From: Bacteroidetes bacterium UBA6063
GTDB taxonomy: Bacteria > Bacteroidota > Bacteroidia > NS11-12g > UBA9320
Length of the DNA: 43,540 nt
NCBI GenBank assembly: GCA_002428905.1
Contig: DIYD01000100.1
Coordinates: 1 to 43,540, forward strand
Reading direction: 5' to 3'
This document shows positions 17,716 to 27,265 of the stretch, piece by piece. The notes under the pieces are model-generated. The model was not told the DNA's origin and did not search any database. It worked only from the letters and a program-made list of their open reading frames with translations. Each line of letters starts with the position of its first letter. Position 1 is the first letter of the stretch. Position numbers and translations under genes: made by a program.

Positions 17716-18651
17716 TCACTCATTCTGTAAATCCTCCAGAATATTGAGATAATTCAGATAACGAAATTCTGATATTTCATCTTCACAATACGCTTGGATT
17801 ACAGCGCATTTTGGTTCGTTTTTATGCAAACACGTATTGTACTTACACTCAGGGATATAGCGTTCGAACTCATTGAAACAATGCCCGAGTTTCCAGGCCT
17901 CCATCTCCTCCAAACCAAACTCCTTCACACCCGGTGTGTCGATGATATGATTCCCATTACCATCCTTAAACATTTGAGCAAATGTGGTCGTGTGTTTACC
18001 CTTACTGTGGACGTCACTAATGTCTCCAATGCTCTGTTCTGCACTAGGAATCAGCAGGTTAAGCAACGTTGACTTGCCTACTCCCGAATGCCCAAACAAT
18101 AAACTGGTCTTCTCATGAAACAGATTAGACAGCTCATGTTCAGCCTCAACCTCTTGCTCATTGTTGTCCGAAGAAACCAGTGAAGTGCAAATGACCTTGT
18201 AACCGGCACTCATATAAGTGCCGAGGATTTCACTAAACTCTGCCATATCCTCGTCACCCATCAAATCCATCTTGTTAAACAGTATTACAGGCTCAATGCG
18301 ATACAGTCTGCAGGTCACCAAAAAACGGTCGATAAAACCGGTCGACGTTCTGGGCGATTTATAGGTAGCAATCAACACAGCCTGATCAATGTTCGATGCC
18401 ACTATCTGAAACTGGCTGCTCATCTTGGTAGCCTTACGAAGCAGGTAATTCTTGCGCTCGTATATCTTTACAATTACGGCCTCAGTGGTATCTGGCAGGT
18501 CTACTTCTACCCAATCTCCAACTGCTACGGGATTGGTTAAACCCGATTTCTTTAATCGAAACTTGCCGCGCAGTCTACATTGTGATATCTGGCCATCATC
18601 CAACCAAACTTCGTACCAACTCCCTGTAGACTTCGCAACGACTCCGCGCAT
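17716..18651 (-). CDS. rsgA: ribosome small-subunit-dependent GTPase A
   Basis: N-terminal OB fold, circularly permuted GTPase (NKMDL .. GHSGVGKSTLLN .. DTPG) and a C-terminal Zn knuckle (CKYNTCLHKNEPKCAV). Confidence 0.9.
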   Translation of the reverse strand: MRGVVAKSTGSWYEVWLDDGQISQCRLRGKFRLKKSGLTNPVAVGDWVEVDLPDTTEAVIVKIYERKNYLLRKATKMSSQFQIVASNIDQAVLIATYKSPRTSTGFIDRFLVTCRLYRIEPVILFNKMDLMGDEDMAEFSEILGTYMSAGYKVICTSLVSSDNNEQEVEAEHELSNLFHEKTSLLFGHSGVGKSTLLNLLIPSAEQSIGDISDVHSKGKHTTTFAQMFKDGNGNHIIDTPGVKEFGLEEMEAWKLGHCFNEFERYIPECKYNTCLHKNEPKCAVIQAYCEDEISEFRYLNYLNILEDLQNE

Positions 18652-18653
18652 AG

Positions 18654-19607
18654 TTAGAACAGTTGTGCAGCAATTTCACGCGTTGCTTTAGAAAGCCCCA
18701 TCGTATAGAAATGCAATACAGGAGCACCTTTAGCCTGTAACTCTTTGCATTGGTTCACGCACCATTCAATTCCAACCTGATATGCCTCTTCATCATTTTT
18801 AACGTCCGACATCGCTTCTTCGAGCTCCATAGGAATATCTATGTTAAAGATCTTCGGCAGGTTATACATCTGTTTCTTGCGCGTGATTGGCTTAATACCC
18901 GGAATAATCGGCACATCAATGCCAGCCGCTCTGCAACGATCTACAAAGTCAAAGTATTTGCTGTTATCGAAGAACATCTGTGTAGTTATGAACTCCGCAC
19001 CCGCATCGATCTTTTGTTTTAGAAATTTAAGGTCGGTAGCCGGGTTAATCGCATCAATGTGCTTTTCAGGATAACCCGCAGCACCAACGCAAAAATCGGT
19101 TGGGTTAGGGTTTTTCAACTCTTCATCAAGGTAAATCCCATTATTCATGTCCTGCACCTGCCGAATCAGCTCAAGTGCATTCTTATTTCCTCGCACTTCC
19201 GGAACAAAGTTGCGCTCACCACGTTGATTGTCACCACGGATAGCCAGCACGTTGTCAATACCAAGGAAATTCAAATCAATCAAGGCATTTTCTGTCTCGT
19301 CACGGGAAAAACCTCCACAAATGATATGCGGCACCGCTTCTACCTGGAAACGATGCATTATAGCCGCACAAATGGCTACCGTTCCAGGTCTTTTTCGAAT
19401 CGAAACCTTATTGTACGAACCGTCTGAGCGCTTACGCATAACATATTCCTCGCGATGATAGGTAACATCTACAAAGGAAGGTTTGAACTCCATAAGCGCT
19501 TCAATACCATTAAACAAGCGCTCAATGCTGCCCCCTTTCAACGGAGGCAAAATCTCAAATGAGAACAAGGTCTCATCTGCATTATTGATGTATTCTGTTA
19601 ATTTCAC
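18654..19607 (-). CDS. metF: methylenetetrahydrofolate reductase
   Basis: FSFEILPPLKG, VDVTYH, AIRGD and TQMFFD motifs. The GTG start shares one nt with the upstream gene's TAG stop (TAGTG). Confidence 0.9.
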   Translation of the reverse strand: MKLTEYINNADETLFSFEILPPLKGGSIERLFNGIEALMEFKPSFVDVTYHREEYVMRKRSDGSYNKVSIRKRPGTVAICAAIMHRFQVEAVPHIICGGFSRDETENALIDLNFLGIDNVLAIRGDNQRGERNFVPEVRGNKNALELIRQVQDMNNGIYLDEELKNPNPTDFCVGAAGYPEKHIDAINPATDLKFLKQKIDAGAEFITTQMFFDNSKYFDFVDRCRAAGIDVPIIPGIKPITRKKQMYNLPKIFNIDIPMELEEAMSDVKNDEEAYQVGIEWCVNQCKELQAKGAPVLHFYTMGLSKATREIAAQLF

Positions 19608-21304
19608 TAAAACTGAACATTAAGTTTGACCAACTCCCCTTTTCGCATAACAGTTACCTCGGCTTTATCGCCCGGTTTCAATGTCTGTAAAGCTTTCATA
19701 TAATCACCCATACCTGAAATACTCATTCCTGCAAAGCTCACGATCACATCCTTGGCCTGAAGTCCGGCCTTCTTGCCGGGCTTCCCATCCCTCACGGCAT
19801 CTACCTGCATGCCCTCTCCTTCAAACGTATAGTTCGGAATAACACCCAGGGTAACCGCAAATTTAGAACGACTTTTTCCGTTCGAACTCCCCTCGTCTTT
19901 GGTTTTGGTATACGCTAGTCTGCCATCGTCATTCAACGAACGGATCATCGCTACAATGTAACCGATAACGAATACCTCTCCTTCGTAATTCAGACGTTCA
20001 ATATCGTCTGTTGGCTTGTGGTAATGCGGATGAGCACCCGTAAAAAAATGCAAAGCAGGAATGCCTTTCAAATAGAACGGGGTGTGATCTGAAGCACCCA
20101 CTCCGCTCATTGTTTTCTTCACTGATTGAATCCCTTTTACCGGATATACTTCATCAATAGACGTGTTGAATGCCGGGCTTGTACCCACACCATTTATGAT
20201 AAGCACTTTCTCCTCGTTTAGCATACCGATCATATCCATGTTAATCATGTAATTCACGGTTTTAAGGTTGATGGTAGGGTTCTCCACGAAATGTTTCGAC
20301 CCAAGCAAGCCCATCTCCTCTCCGGAAAATGCGATGAACAAATAGTTGTTTTTCTTATTCCATTTTTTCGAGCGTTTTACAGCTCGGGCTATCTCCAACA
20401 AAGCAGCGGTACCACTTGCATTATCGTCTGCACCGTTATGAATTTGATTTGCATTTTCGGCCAATGAGTTCCCATGCTGACCTGTTCCAAGATGATCGTG
20501 ATGCGCACCAATGACAACTGTCGTTTCCGCACCATTATCGTTAAACCCAATTACATTGTATCCGGTATCTTCATCGGTGAGAATGTTCAGTTTATAACGT
20601 ACATAGGTCATGCCATTCATTTCTTCCATAGGCATCATACGGTTATAAAAGAAAACCGGCACACTGCTTGGCGTCATGGTCAAACTCAAATCGCCTTCCG
20701 GTTTTTTCACCTTGTCGTTTTCGCGGTAAAATATTACGCCTACTGCGCCATGTTTTACGGCCTCGTCTACGCGAATGTTAATACCATGCCAGGCCAGAAA
20801 CTTACTGTGCGGGTGAATACCATCTGGACTACCAAGGTTAATCAGAGCTACCTTACCCTTGACATCCTTGCCGTCGTAATCGTCTCGATCTTTCGAAGAT
20901 ATCCCGAAGCCCACGGCTACCATTTCTGTACTTACTTCGCCTTTGTTGGCGGAGTACGATAGTGGGTAAAAGTCGTTGAACAGGATTAAAGGCTCTCCAT
21001 TAAACACCAACTCGGTAGACTTGTTAGCCAGGCGCAATGTGGTAATGGTAAATGTTTGAAAATAGCCGTTCTCCCCCTTAGGTTCAAGCTTCAGTTTTTC
21101 AAACTCCGCCGCTATAAACTCGGCACTCTGCTTCTCTCCCGGTGTACCTGTGGCCCTGCCAGCCAACATATCTGAGGCCAGATAAGCGATATTCGACTTC
21201 AGTCGTTTAACGCTCTTTTTCTCTTTCCCTTTCAATTCCTGCGCCTGAACAGATCCGGCCCAAATTGTACTCAAAACCAACAACAAGCTTTGAATCTTTT
21301 TCAT
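19607..21304 (-). CDS. M28-family aminopeptidase with PA insert and C-terminal PDZ domain
   Basis: Signal peptide, then GAHHDHLG, NGADDNASGTAALLE and FSGEEMGLLGS. The PDZ-like tail is GKKAGLQAKDVIVSFAGMSI. The ATG at 21304 is preferred, because the track start at 21370 would overlap the upstream gene by 44 nt. Confidence 0.85.
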   Translation of the reverse strand: MKKIQSLLLVLSTIWAGSVQAQELKGKEKKSVKRLKSNIAYLASDMLAGRATGTPGEKQSAEFIAAEFEKLKLEPKGENGYFQTFTITTLRLANKSTELVFNGEPLILFNDFYPLSYSANKGEVSTEMVAVGFGISSKDRDDYDGKDVKGKVALINLGSPDGIHPHSKFLAWHGINIRVDEAVKHGAVGVIFYRENDKVKKPEGDLSLTMTPSSVPVFFYNRMMPMEEMNGMTYVRYKLNILTDEDTGYNVIGFNDNGAETTVVIGAHHDHLGTGQHGNSLAENANQIHNGADDNASGTAALLEIARAVKRSKKWNKKNNYLFIAFSGEEMGLLGSKHFVENPTINLKTVNYMINMDMIGMLNEEKVLIINGVGTSPAFNTSIDEVYPVKGIQSVKKTMSGVGASDHTPFYLKGIPALHFFTGAHPHYHKPTDDIERLNYEGEVFVIGYIVAMIRSLNDDGRLAYTKTKDEGSSNGKSRSKFAVTLGVIPNYTFEGEGMQVDAVRDGKPGKKAGLQAKDVIVSFAGMSISGMGDYMKALQTLKPGDKAEVTVMRKGELVKLNVQF

Positions 21305-21326
21305 ATTGTATCTATTGTATTTCCTT

Positions 21327-22148
21327 CTAGAATAAATCCTGTGCCAATCGGTAGATATATCGCACACCAATAATCACCAAAAGGCTTGCAAATATAGCGT
21401 TCAACTGACTGCTTTTGATCTTTTTAGCAATGCCCACACCAAGTGGAGAACCCACAAAAATGCCCAATACTACAGGCAGAACCATCAGAAACTGCAAGTA
21501 CCCTACAGAACCGTTAAAATGAACCGATGGTGTTTGCAGTGCATAGACAACTAAAAATGGCAAAATCATTACCGGTATAACCCCAATGCTGATGCCTCCG
21601 GCTTTCTTAATATCCATCTTCATAACCAGCGTTAACAATGGTATCATAGCCACACCTCCGCCCAGGCCGGAAAATGCCGAGATTAGACCCGTCGCAACAC
21701 CGATCAATCCGTATTTCGTCATAGAGTATGGGAGTTCATCGACCTTGTCTTTCTTCTTAGAGCGCCAAATGCGCCAAAGTGTAACCAGAATTACAACCAC
21801 AAAGACCATCTTAAAATAGGTGTCTTTATACCATGGTGCAGATGTAATGTAGTACGACAGACTTGCACCAAAAATCATGGCGGGTATGGCAATGGTAATG
21901 ATTTCTCGCGGGTAAAAACTACCCTGCTTATTGTGTTTGTAACTACTCGACATTCCGGAAAACAGGATAGCTAAAAACGAATTGGCCAGCATAAACCGAA
22001 CCAGCTCTTCTCCATCTATACCTTTTTGCCGAAACAAGTAGTCAAAAACCGGAATAAAGATGATTCCTCCACCTACACCCAGAAGTCCCGATAAAAGGCC
22101 TCCCGCGACCCCAAAAATGAAAAATAAAACAATTTCTGTTACCTCCAC
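21327..22148 (-). CDS. TauE/SafE-family sulfite/anion exporter
   Basis: Polytopic membrane protein with duplicated G-rich helices (GVAGGLLSGLLGVGGGIIFIP and GLISAFSGLGGGVAMIP). GTG start. Confidence 0.8.
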   Translation of the reverse strand: MEVTEIVLFFIFGVAGGLLSGLLGVGGGIIFIPVFDYLFRQKGIDGEELVRFMLANSFLAILFSGMSSSYKHNKQGSFYPREIITIAIPAMIFGASLSYYITSAPWYKDTYFKMVFVVVILVTLWRIWRSKKKDKVDELPYSMTKYGLIGVATGLISAFSGLGGGVAMIPLLTLVMKMDIKKAGGISIGVIPVMILPFLVVYALQTPSVHFNGSVGYLQFLMVLPVVLGIFVGSPLGVGIAKKIKSSQLNAIFASLLVIIGVRYIYRLAQDLF

Positions 22149-22159
22149 AGGGTGCTTAC

Positions 22160-23806
22160 TTATTTCCCTGCAAGTATAGCGCGATATTCGTTAGGACTGG
22201 CAAAAAGTTCAATGGCCTTTTGGATATCCGGATCTTTATCAAAGGTAGACTCCACAAAAGCACGGTCATAATAGAATCGCGAAGCGATTTCAGTCGCCAA
22301 CAACTCCATAATTTCTTCTTCATGCCGATCCAAATCCGCACTTTTTTCCTTGTCAAACATGGCCTTTAGTTCTGCCAGACCATGACCCATTTCATCGATG
22401 TATTTTTCGTCTTCAGCCTTCTTTTCAAGCGCAGCAAGCGCTTTCTCCGTCTCTGTTTCGTAGAAATAATCTTTACCAGCTACAAACTGTTTGAATTGGT
22501 CGTATTCGGCTTCAGACAGTTGAAAAACTTTGGGTTCAACTATGCTATCGTGACTGTTTCGGTATCGCGTTGCAAAGTCAAAAATCAGATCGTTCTTCAA
22601 TAAACTCTTTGCAATTTTACTGAGCTTATTTAAGCCCACCTTTACGTCTGGATTTACACCTTCACCATCCGTAACCCTGCGTTTATTGGTGGTATAAAAG
22701 GTTTGTTTTAAGGAGTCTGCAATGGAAATTGCACTCCCGTTCTTCTTATGCGCATAATCCAATCGTTGAATGCATCTACCTGAAGGTATGTAGTACTTCG
22801 CTGTAGTGATCTTCATCTGTGTATTGTACGTGAGCATGCGTGTAGACTGCACAAGACCCTTACCAAAACTCTGTGTCCCGATCAACACACCACGATCCAG
22901 ATCCTGCATGGTTCCACTAACGATCTCCGATGCTGAAGCCGAACCACCATCAATCAATACAGCGAGCGGCATGTCGGTATCTACCGGTGTATTTAAGGTC
23001 TTGTATGTTCGGTCGTTTTCCTTCTCTTTACCTCTGGTTTTTACTACCAGTTGGCCCTTCTTTATGAATACATTTACGATGTTTACGGCTTCATGCAAAA
23101 GACCACCGCCATTACCTCGTAAATCGAGAATAACATTCTGAGCACCAGTAGATTTCAGTGTATTTAGGGCGTTGTGCACTTCCAGTCCCGCATCCGGGGT
23201 AAAACCGGTAAGCTTAATGTAACCGGTTTCATTATCAATCATACCAAAATACGGCACATTTTTAACCTTCACTTGCGCTCGTTTAAGGCTGAATTCGAGC
23301 GGTCCAACATCCGGGCGATTCACATTAAGCACAACGGTAGTTCCGGCCGCTCCTTTAAGCAGATCCGACAGTTGCCCACTGGTTTTTCCGATGACCGACT
23401 TACCATCTACGCTCTGGATAATGTCTCCGGTACGTAAGCCTGCTTTTTGTGCAGGATAGCCCTCATACGGCTTGTCGATTACCAGATTTTCACCATGTTT
23501 CTTTACAATGGCTCCTATCCCACCATAAGACCCGGTAACCTGAAAACGGTAATCCTCTGCTTGTGCTTCACTGTAGAAATTGGTATATGGATCAAGGGAC
23601 TTTAGCATTGCGTCGATCGCCTCACGCGTGAGCTGGCCTGGCTTCACCTCATCTACATAGCTGAGGTTAACCTCCTTGTAAACCGTGGAGAATATATCCA
23701 GGTTTTTCGACACTTCGAAGTAGTCATCCACTTGCGTAAAGGCTGTTCCTATCAGACCCAATCCGGCAACCGCAATTGCCAGTTTTATAGATTTCTTTTT
23801 AACCAT
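22160..23806 (-). CDS. S41-family C-terminal processing (tail-specific) peptidase with PDZ domain
   Basis: PDZ (GYPAQKAGLRTGDIIQSVDG), then LDLRGNGGG and GGSASASEIVSG..GTQSFGKGLVQ. ATG at 23806 is preferred over GTG at 23824. Confidence 0.85.
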   Translation of the reverse strand: MVKKKSIKLAIAVAGLGLIGTAFTQVDDYFEVSKNLDIFSTVYKEVNLSYVDEVKPGQLTREAIDAMLKSLDPYTNFYSEAQAEDYRFQVTGSYGGIGAIVKKHGENLVIDKPYEGYPAQKAGLRTGDIIQSVDGKSVIGKTSGQLSDLLKGAAGTTVVLNVNRPDVGPLEFSLKRAQVKVKNVPYFGMIDNETGYIKLTGFTPDAGLEVHNALNTLKSTGAQNVILDLRGNGGGLLHEAVNIVNVFIKKGQLVVKTRGKEKENDRTYKTLNTPVDTDMPLAVLIDGGSASASEIVSGTMQDLDRGVLIGTQSFGKGLVQSTRMLTYNTQMKITTAKYYIPSGRCIQRLDYAHKKNGSAISIADSLKQTFYTTNKRRVTDGEGVNPDVKVGLNKLSKIAKSLLKNDLIFDFATRYRNSHDSIVEPKVFQLSEAEYDQFKQFVAGKDYFYETETEKALAALEKKAEDEKYIDEMGHGLAELKAMFDKEKSADLDRHEEEIMELLATEIASRFYYDRAFVESTFDKDPDIQKAIELFASPNEYRAILAGK

Positions 23807-24222
23807 TTTTTGTGATTGTAACACAATATTAACGAACCAGATCAGAGAATCTTTTCAATTAAGATGGAAATCGCAGATTTTCGACAAAAGATAAAATAAA
23901 ACGCGGTATACGAATTTTGCTAGAGTCTGTTTTTCAGCACCTTACAAAATTAAACGGGACATACGTTCAAATTCTGGTCGAACCGCTGTCATAGTGCGTG
24001 AATAATACACTTAAAACAGCACACAAATCAACAAAGTCTATATAGTTCTACATGATATTATTCTAGGTCTATAATAGTTAACAACTATCTATGCTTGCAT
24101 GCCGATGTGCCTCAACTATAATATTCAAACTTTATACCATACAGATAATTATCTCCATATTCTATTGCGCCCCAACACGACCAATTCCCTCTTCCACATA
24201 AAGCACACCTATAAGAAACCCA

Positions 24223-24939
24223 ATGTTCGGTTCAACCAATCAACAATCATTTAATATTTTATCGAAAATTGTGGTCGACCAACACTGGATTGCAGATATT
24301 AGTTCCTGTAAAATGAGAATCAACCGCAAAGCCTTTATTCCTGTTTTATGGTGTTACGCCATGTGGACAATCTGGTGCCTGATTATGGTAAACCAACCAG
24401 AATTGCAGGACTCCGATAACATCTGGCGGTCGATTGTTCGCATTGCCGTGGTTCTCATTCCTGGGATCTACTGGCTCAGAAAATCCAATCATGCCGAAGA
24501 GATCAATAAACACCAACGCGGCATGGTCGTTGGAATCATAATCGCACTGGCCATTGCTACCAGCAGCCTCGTATTACAAATAGGGCTCCTTGGTATGCAG
24601 TACACCGTGCCCAGGCAGTTTACCAGCTGGCTAAACTGGATCATTCTTTCTCCAATTGCAGAAGAAATACTCTTCCGCGGTATTGTCTTCCAGGAACTTA
24701 AAAAGACGAACCATTGGATTATCGCTGCATTGATTTCCTCTATACTATTTGTTGGCCTGCACCTTCCGACGCTCATTCTTATTGATCAAAAGTCATCGTT
24801 TGAAATCGCCACGTATTGTTTCCAGCTTTTAACAACCAGTTTATTGTTCACATATGCGGTTCACAAGGCCAAATCCCTTTGGGCCAGTATTATTCCGCAC
24901 TGGATGAATAATTTCATTGCTATGGGGCTCGTCGGGTAG
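24223..24939 (+). CDS. CPBP-family (CAAX/Abi-like) intramembrane glutamic protease
   Basis: Multi-TM protein with EEILFRG, FVGLH and HWMNN motifs. The true start may be the ATG at 24313. Confidence 0.75.
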   Translation: MFGSTNQQSFNILSKIVVDQHWIADISSCKMRINRKAFIPVLWCYAMWTIWCLIMVNQPELQDSDNIWRSIVRIAVVLIPGIYWLRKSNHAEEINKHQRGMVVGIIIALAIATSSLVLQIGLLGMQYTVPRQFTSWLNWIILSPIAEEILFRGIVFQELKKTNHWIIAALISSILFVGLHLPTLILIDQKSSFEIATYCFQLLTTSLLFTYAVHKAKSLWASIIPHWMNNFIAMGLVG

Positions 24940-24984
24940 ACCAGAACTACATTTCCATATGTCACATTGAGCCTTCAGCTATGC

Positions 24985-25203
24985 TTACGGTACCGGATCA
25001 TGTCCATGCCCACCCCAGGGGTGGCAACGCGAAATTCGGCGAATCGTTAGCCAAAGCCCCTTAAAAGGACCATGCTTACTTATGGCCTCCATACCGTATT
25101 GAGAACACGTAGGTGTAAAGCGACATGAATTCGGCAAAAATGGAGAAATCACCAACTGATAGAATCGAATTAGAAGCAAAAAAATCAGGCTAAGCAGTTT
25201 CAT
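24985..25203 (-). CDS. yidD: membrane protein insertion efficiency factor YidD
   Basis: [33 protein letters not shown]...[16 protein letters not shown]. Overlaps the end of rnpA by 14 nt. Confidence 0.9.
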   Translation of the reverse strand: MKLLSLIFLLLIRFYQLVISPFLPNSCRFTPTCSQYGMEAISKHGPFKGLWLTIRRISRCHPWGGHGHDPVP

Positions 25204-25576
25204 GAAGCCATTCAGCAAACACGCCATAACAGTTTTTATACGATTGAATTAGTTGAGAAACCGAGGCAATTTCTTTGCCTGTGTAGATAACAGCAAGTGA
25301 CACCGAAGTGTTTGCAGGAATTTGATTGATAAAATCCACCTTTACCTGCCTGAATGCCTCACGCATGCGTCGCTTAATTGCGTTACGATCCACCGCGCGA
25401 TTGAATTTTTTCTTTGAAACGGAGAACAGGATCTGAATCCCCGATTGGTTTGATTTAGTACAAATCTGACATAACAAAAGAAGTGGGTACTTGCCCACTC
25501 TCTTATTATTTCCAGCAAAAATATCTTGTATTAAAACGTGATCTTTAAGCCGCTCAGATTTAGACAAACTAGCCAT
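25190..25576 (-). CDS. rnpA: ribonuclease P protein component
   Basis: A basic 128-aa protein between rpmH and yidD ([26 protein letters not shown]). The rpmH-rnpA-yidD order is canonical. Confidence 0.85.
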   Translation of the reverse strand: MASLSKSERLKDHVLIQDIFAGNNKRVGKYPLLLLCQICTKSNQSGIQILFSVSKKKFNRAVDRNAIKRRMREAFRQVKVDFINQIPANTSVSLAVIYTGKEIASVSQLIQSYKNCYGVFAEWLHETA

Positions 25577-25590
25577 AGTGGCTATGTCTC

Positions 25591-25749
25591 TTATCCTTTA
25601 TGGCTGATCTCGTCAGAAACAGTAAGCTTCTTTCTACCCTTAGCTCTGCGAGCTGCAAGCACTTTTCTTCCGTTCTTCGTGCTCATTCGCTCTCTGAACC
25701 CGTGCTTATTCTTTCTTTTTCTATTCGAAGGTTGAAATGTTCTTTTCAT
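25591..25749 (-). CDS. rpmH: 50S ribosomal protein L34
   Basis: My own translation of the minus strand gives [52 protein letters not shown]. It is absent from the ORF track because it is under 60 aa. Confidence 0.95.
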   Translation of the reverse strand: MKRTFQPSNRKRKNKHGFRERMSTKNGRKVLAARRAKGRKKLTVSDEISHKG

Positions 25750-25790
25750 CGCTTTTTACTTCTAATTAGCCCCTTTCTCAAAAAGGACTG

Positions 25791-25798
25791 CAAAAATA
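25791..25798 (-). promoter_or_regulatory. candidate -7 box (TATTTTTG) for rpmH-rnpA-yidD
   Basis: Exact TAnnTTTG on the minus strand, about 42 nt upstream of the rpmH ATG. Confidence 0.4.
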
Positions 25799-25903
25799 CG
25801 TTTTCATCATAGATATTCACAACATCCAAATCTATATTTTTCGTGTTTTCCTTCCGAATTGACACAATTCGATACTTTTTGTAGTTTCGAGCAAAACCAA
25901 ACC

Positions 25904-26266
25904 ATGAAAAAAACAGCAATACGGCACTGCCTATTGTGCCAAAACGTCCTGTTTGGACGTTCCGACAAGAAATTCTGTGACGATCATTGTCGCAATGAAT
26001 TCCACAACGAAAAAGCCCGAAAAGTATCATCTCACACACGCCCAATCAATCGCATATTGCAACGAAACCGGCGCATTTTGATGCAATTCCACTCCAAATT
26101 TCAACACAAGGTAACACGGCAACAACTTTCTACTGCCGGCTTCAATTTTGACTATTTCACTCATATAAAACGACTTAAGGACGGCAAATCGCAGATTTTT
26201 TGCTACGATCAGGGTTATTTACCAATAGAAAACGATTATTTTGCTCTAGTTATTCAGCAAGACTAG
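25904..26266 (+). CDS. small basic protein with N-terminal CxxC..CxxxC zinc-ribbon-like motif (uncharacterised)
   Basis: MKKTAIRHCLLCQNVLFGRSDKKFCDDHCRNEFHN, followed by an Arg/Lys-rich region. ATG at 25904 is preferred over the track start at 25859. The ORF ends 4 nt before the MscS gene. Confidence 0.6.
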   Translation: MKKTAIRHCLLCQNVLFGRSDKKFCDDHCRNEFHNEKARKVSSHTRPINRILQRNRRILMQFHSKFQHKVTRQQLSTAGFNFDYFTHIKRLKDGKSQIFCYDQGYLPIENDYFALVIQQD

Positions 26267-26270
26267 TGTA

Positions 26271-27185
26271 ATGCCCGACTCCACTTCGGTATCTTCAGGT
26301 AGAATAGGCCGGCTTCTCGAAAAGTCCATCGTATCGTTTAACGAGAAAAATATCTACGTACACGACGTATTTACGGTTATTCTTATCGTTGTCGGCTCAT
26401 ATTTACTCATTCGCTGGATCAAACGTCTATTACGAGCCGCTCAAAAAGCAAACCGGCTTACCGTAGGCCAGCAATATGCCTATTCGCAATTGGTGCGCTA
26501 CGTTATTGTACTGCTTTCCATTGTGCTCATTCTTGAGTCACTGGGCCAGGACATAACCATATTACTTGCAGGTTCCGCCGCCTTATTGGTTGGAGTTGGT
26601 CTGGGATTACAACAACTGTTCAACGATCTCGTATCTGGATTTTTTCTTTTGTTCGAAAACACCATTCGTGTGGGCGATATCATCGAAGTAGACGGCATGG
26701 TAAGTCGCGTTCAGGAAATTGGCATTCGCACATCGAAGGTCAAAAACCGCGACGGCATCTCCGTGGTTATTCCCAATTCCAAAATAGTATCAAACTCGGT
26801 AATTAACTGGACTACTGACAGCAGCATCACACGATTTACCGTAATGGTGAGTGTCGCTTATGGTTCCGATGTACAGCAGGTTAGAGACATCTTGCTCGAG
26901 TGCGCCGATCGACACAATGAAATTGTGCGAAGCCCAAAGCCGATTTGTCGATTTAATGATTTTGCCGAATCTTCACTGCGATTCGAGTTGCTATTCTGGT
27001 CGAAGAACCGTTTCCGCATCGAAGATGTGAAGAGCGATATCCGGTTTATGGTGAACTCAGAATTCGCCAAAAACAATGTTCGAATTCCTTTCCCGCAACG
27101 CGACATCCATATCAAAACCGATACGCGCATTGAAGCACCTGAGGATGACCAACCAGAATTACCAGAGAACGATACGTTCAAATAG
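26271..27185 (+). CDS. mechanosensitive ion channel (MscS family)
   Basis: TM helices, then the MscS beta-domain signature GDIIEVDGMVSRVQEIGIRTSKVKNRDGISVVIPNSKIVSNSVINWT. Confidence 0.85.
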   Translation: MPDSTSVSSGRIGRLLEKSIVSFNEKNIYVHDVFTVILIVVGSYLLIRWIKRLLRAAQKANRLTVGQQYAYSQLVRYVIVLLSIVLILESLGQDITILLAGSAALLVGVGLGLQQLFNDLVSGFFLLFENTIRVGDIIEVDGMVSRVQEIGIRTSKVKNRDGISVVIPNSKIVSNSVINWTTDSSITRFTVMVSVAYGSDVQQVRDILLECADRHNEIVRSPKPICRFNDFAESSLRFELLFWSKNRFRIEDVKSDIRFMVNSEFAKNNVRIPFPQRDIHIKTDTRIEAPEDDQPELPENDTFK

Positions 27186-27265
27186 CACAATATCAACCAA
27201 GCAGCAGTACGTTCTGAGTAGACATAGAATCGTCTTTGCCAAGATTAGCGACATTGCCCTCGCTA

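Noticed and set aside
20474-20962. A 162-aa plus-strand ORF.
   Set aside because: It is entirely antisense to the M28 peptidase CDS, which has clear catalytic motifs. The translation is featureless.
21305-21370. The 5' extension of the M28 peptidase ORF (MVCDISTDWHRIYSRRKYNRYN).
   Set aside because: It would overlap the TauE gene by 44 nt and puts 22 non-signal residues before a perfect signal peptide (MKKIQSLLLVLS..). The ATG at 21304 is the better start.
22156-22356. A 66-aa minus-strand ORF at the 3' end of the S41 peptidase gene.
   Set aside because: It is an alternative frame nested within the S41 CDS with no independent support.
25538-26045. Track ORFs 25538..25735(+), 25600..25812(+) and 25746..26045(-).
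   Set aside because: They overlap the genuine rpmH gene or the rpmH/Zn-ribbon divergent promoter region. Their translations are low-complexity, and rpmH explains the coding signal.
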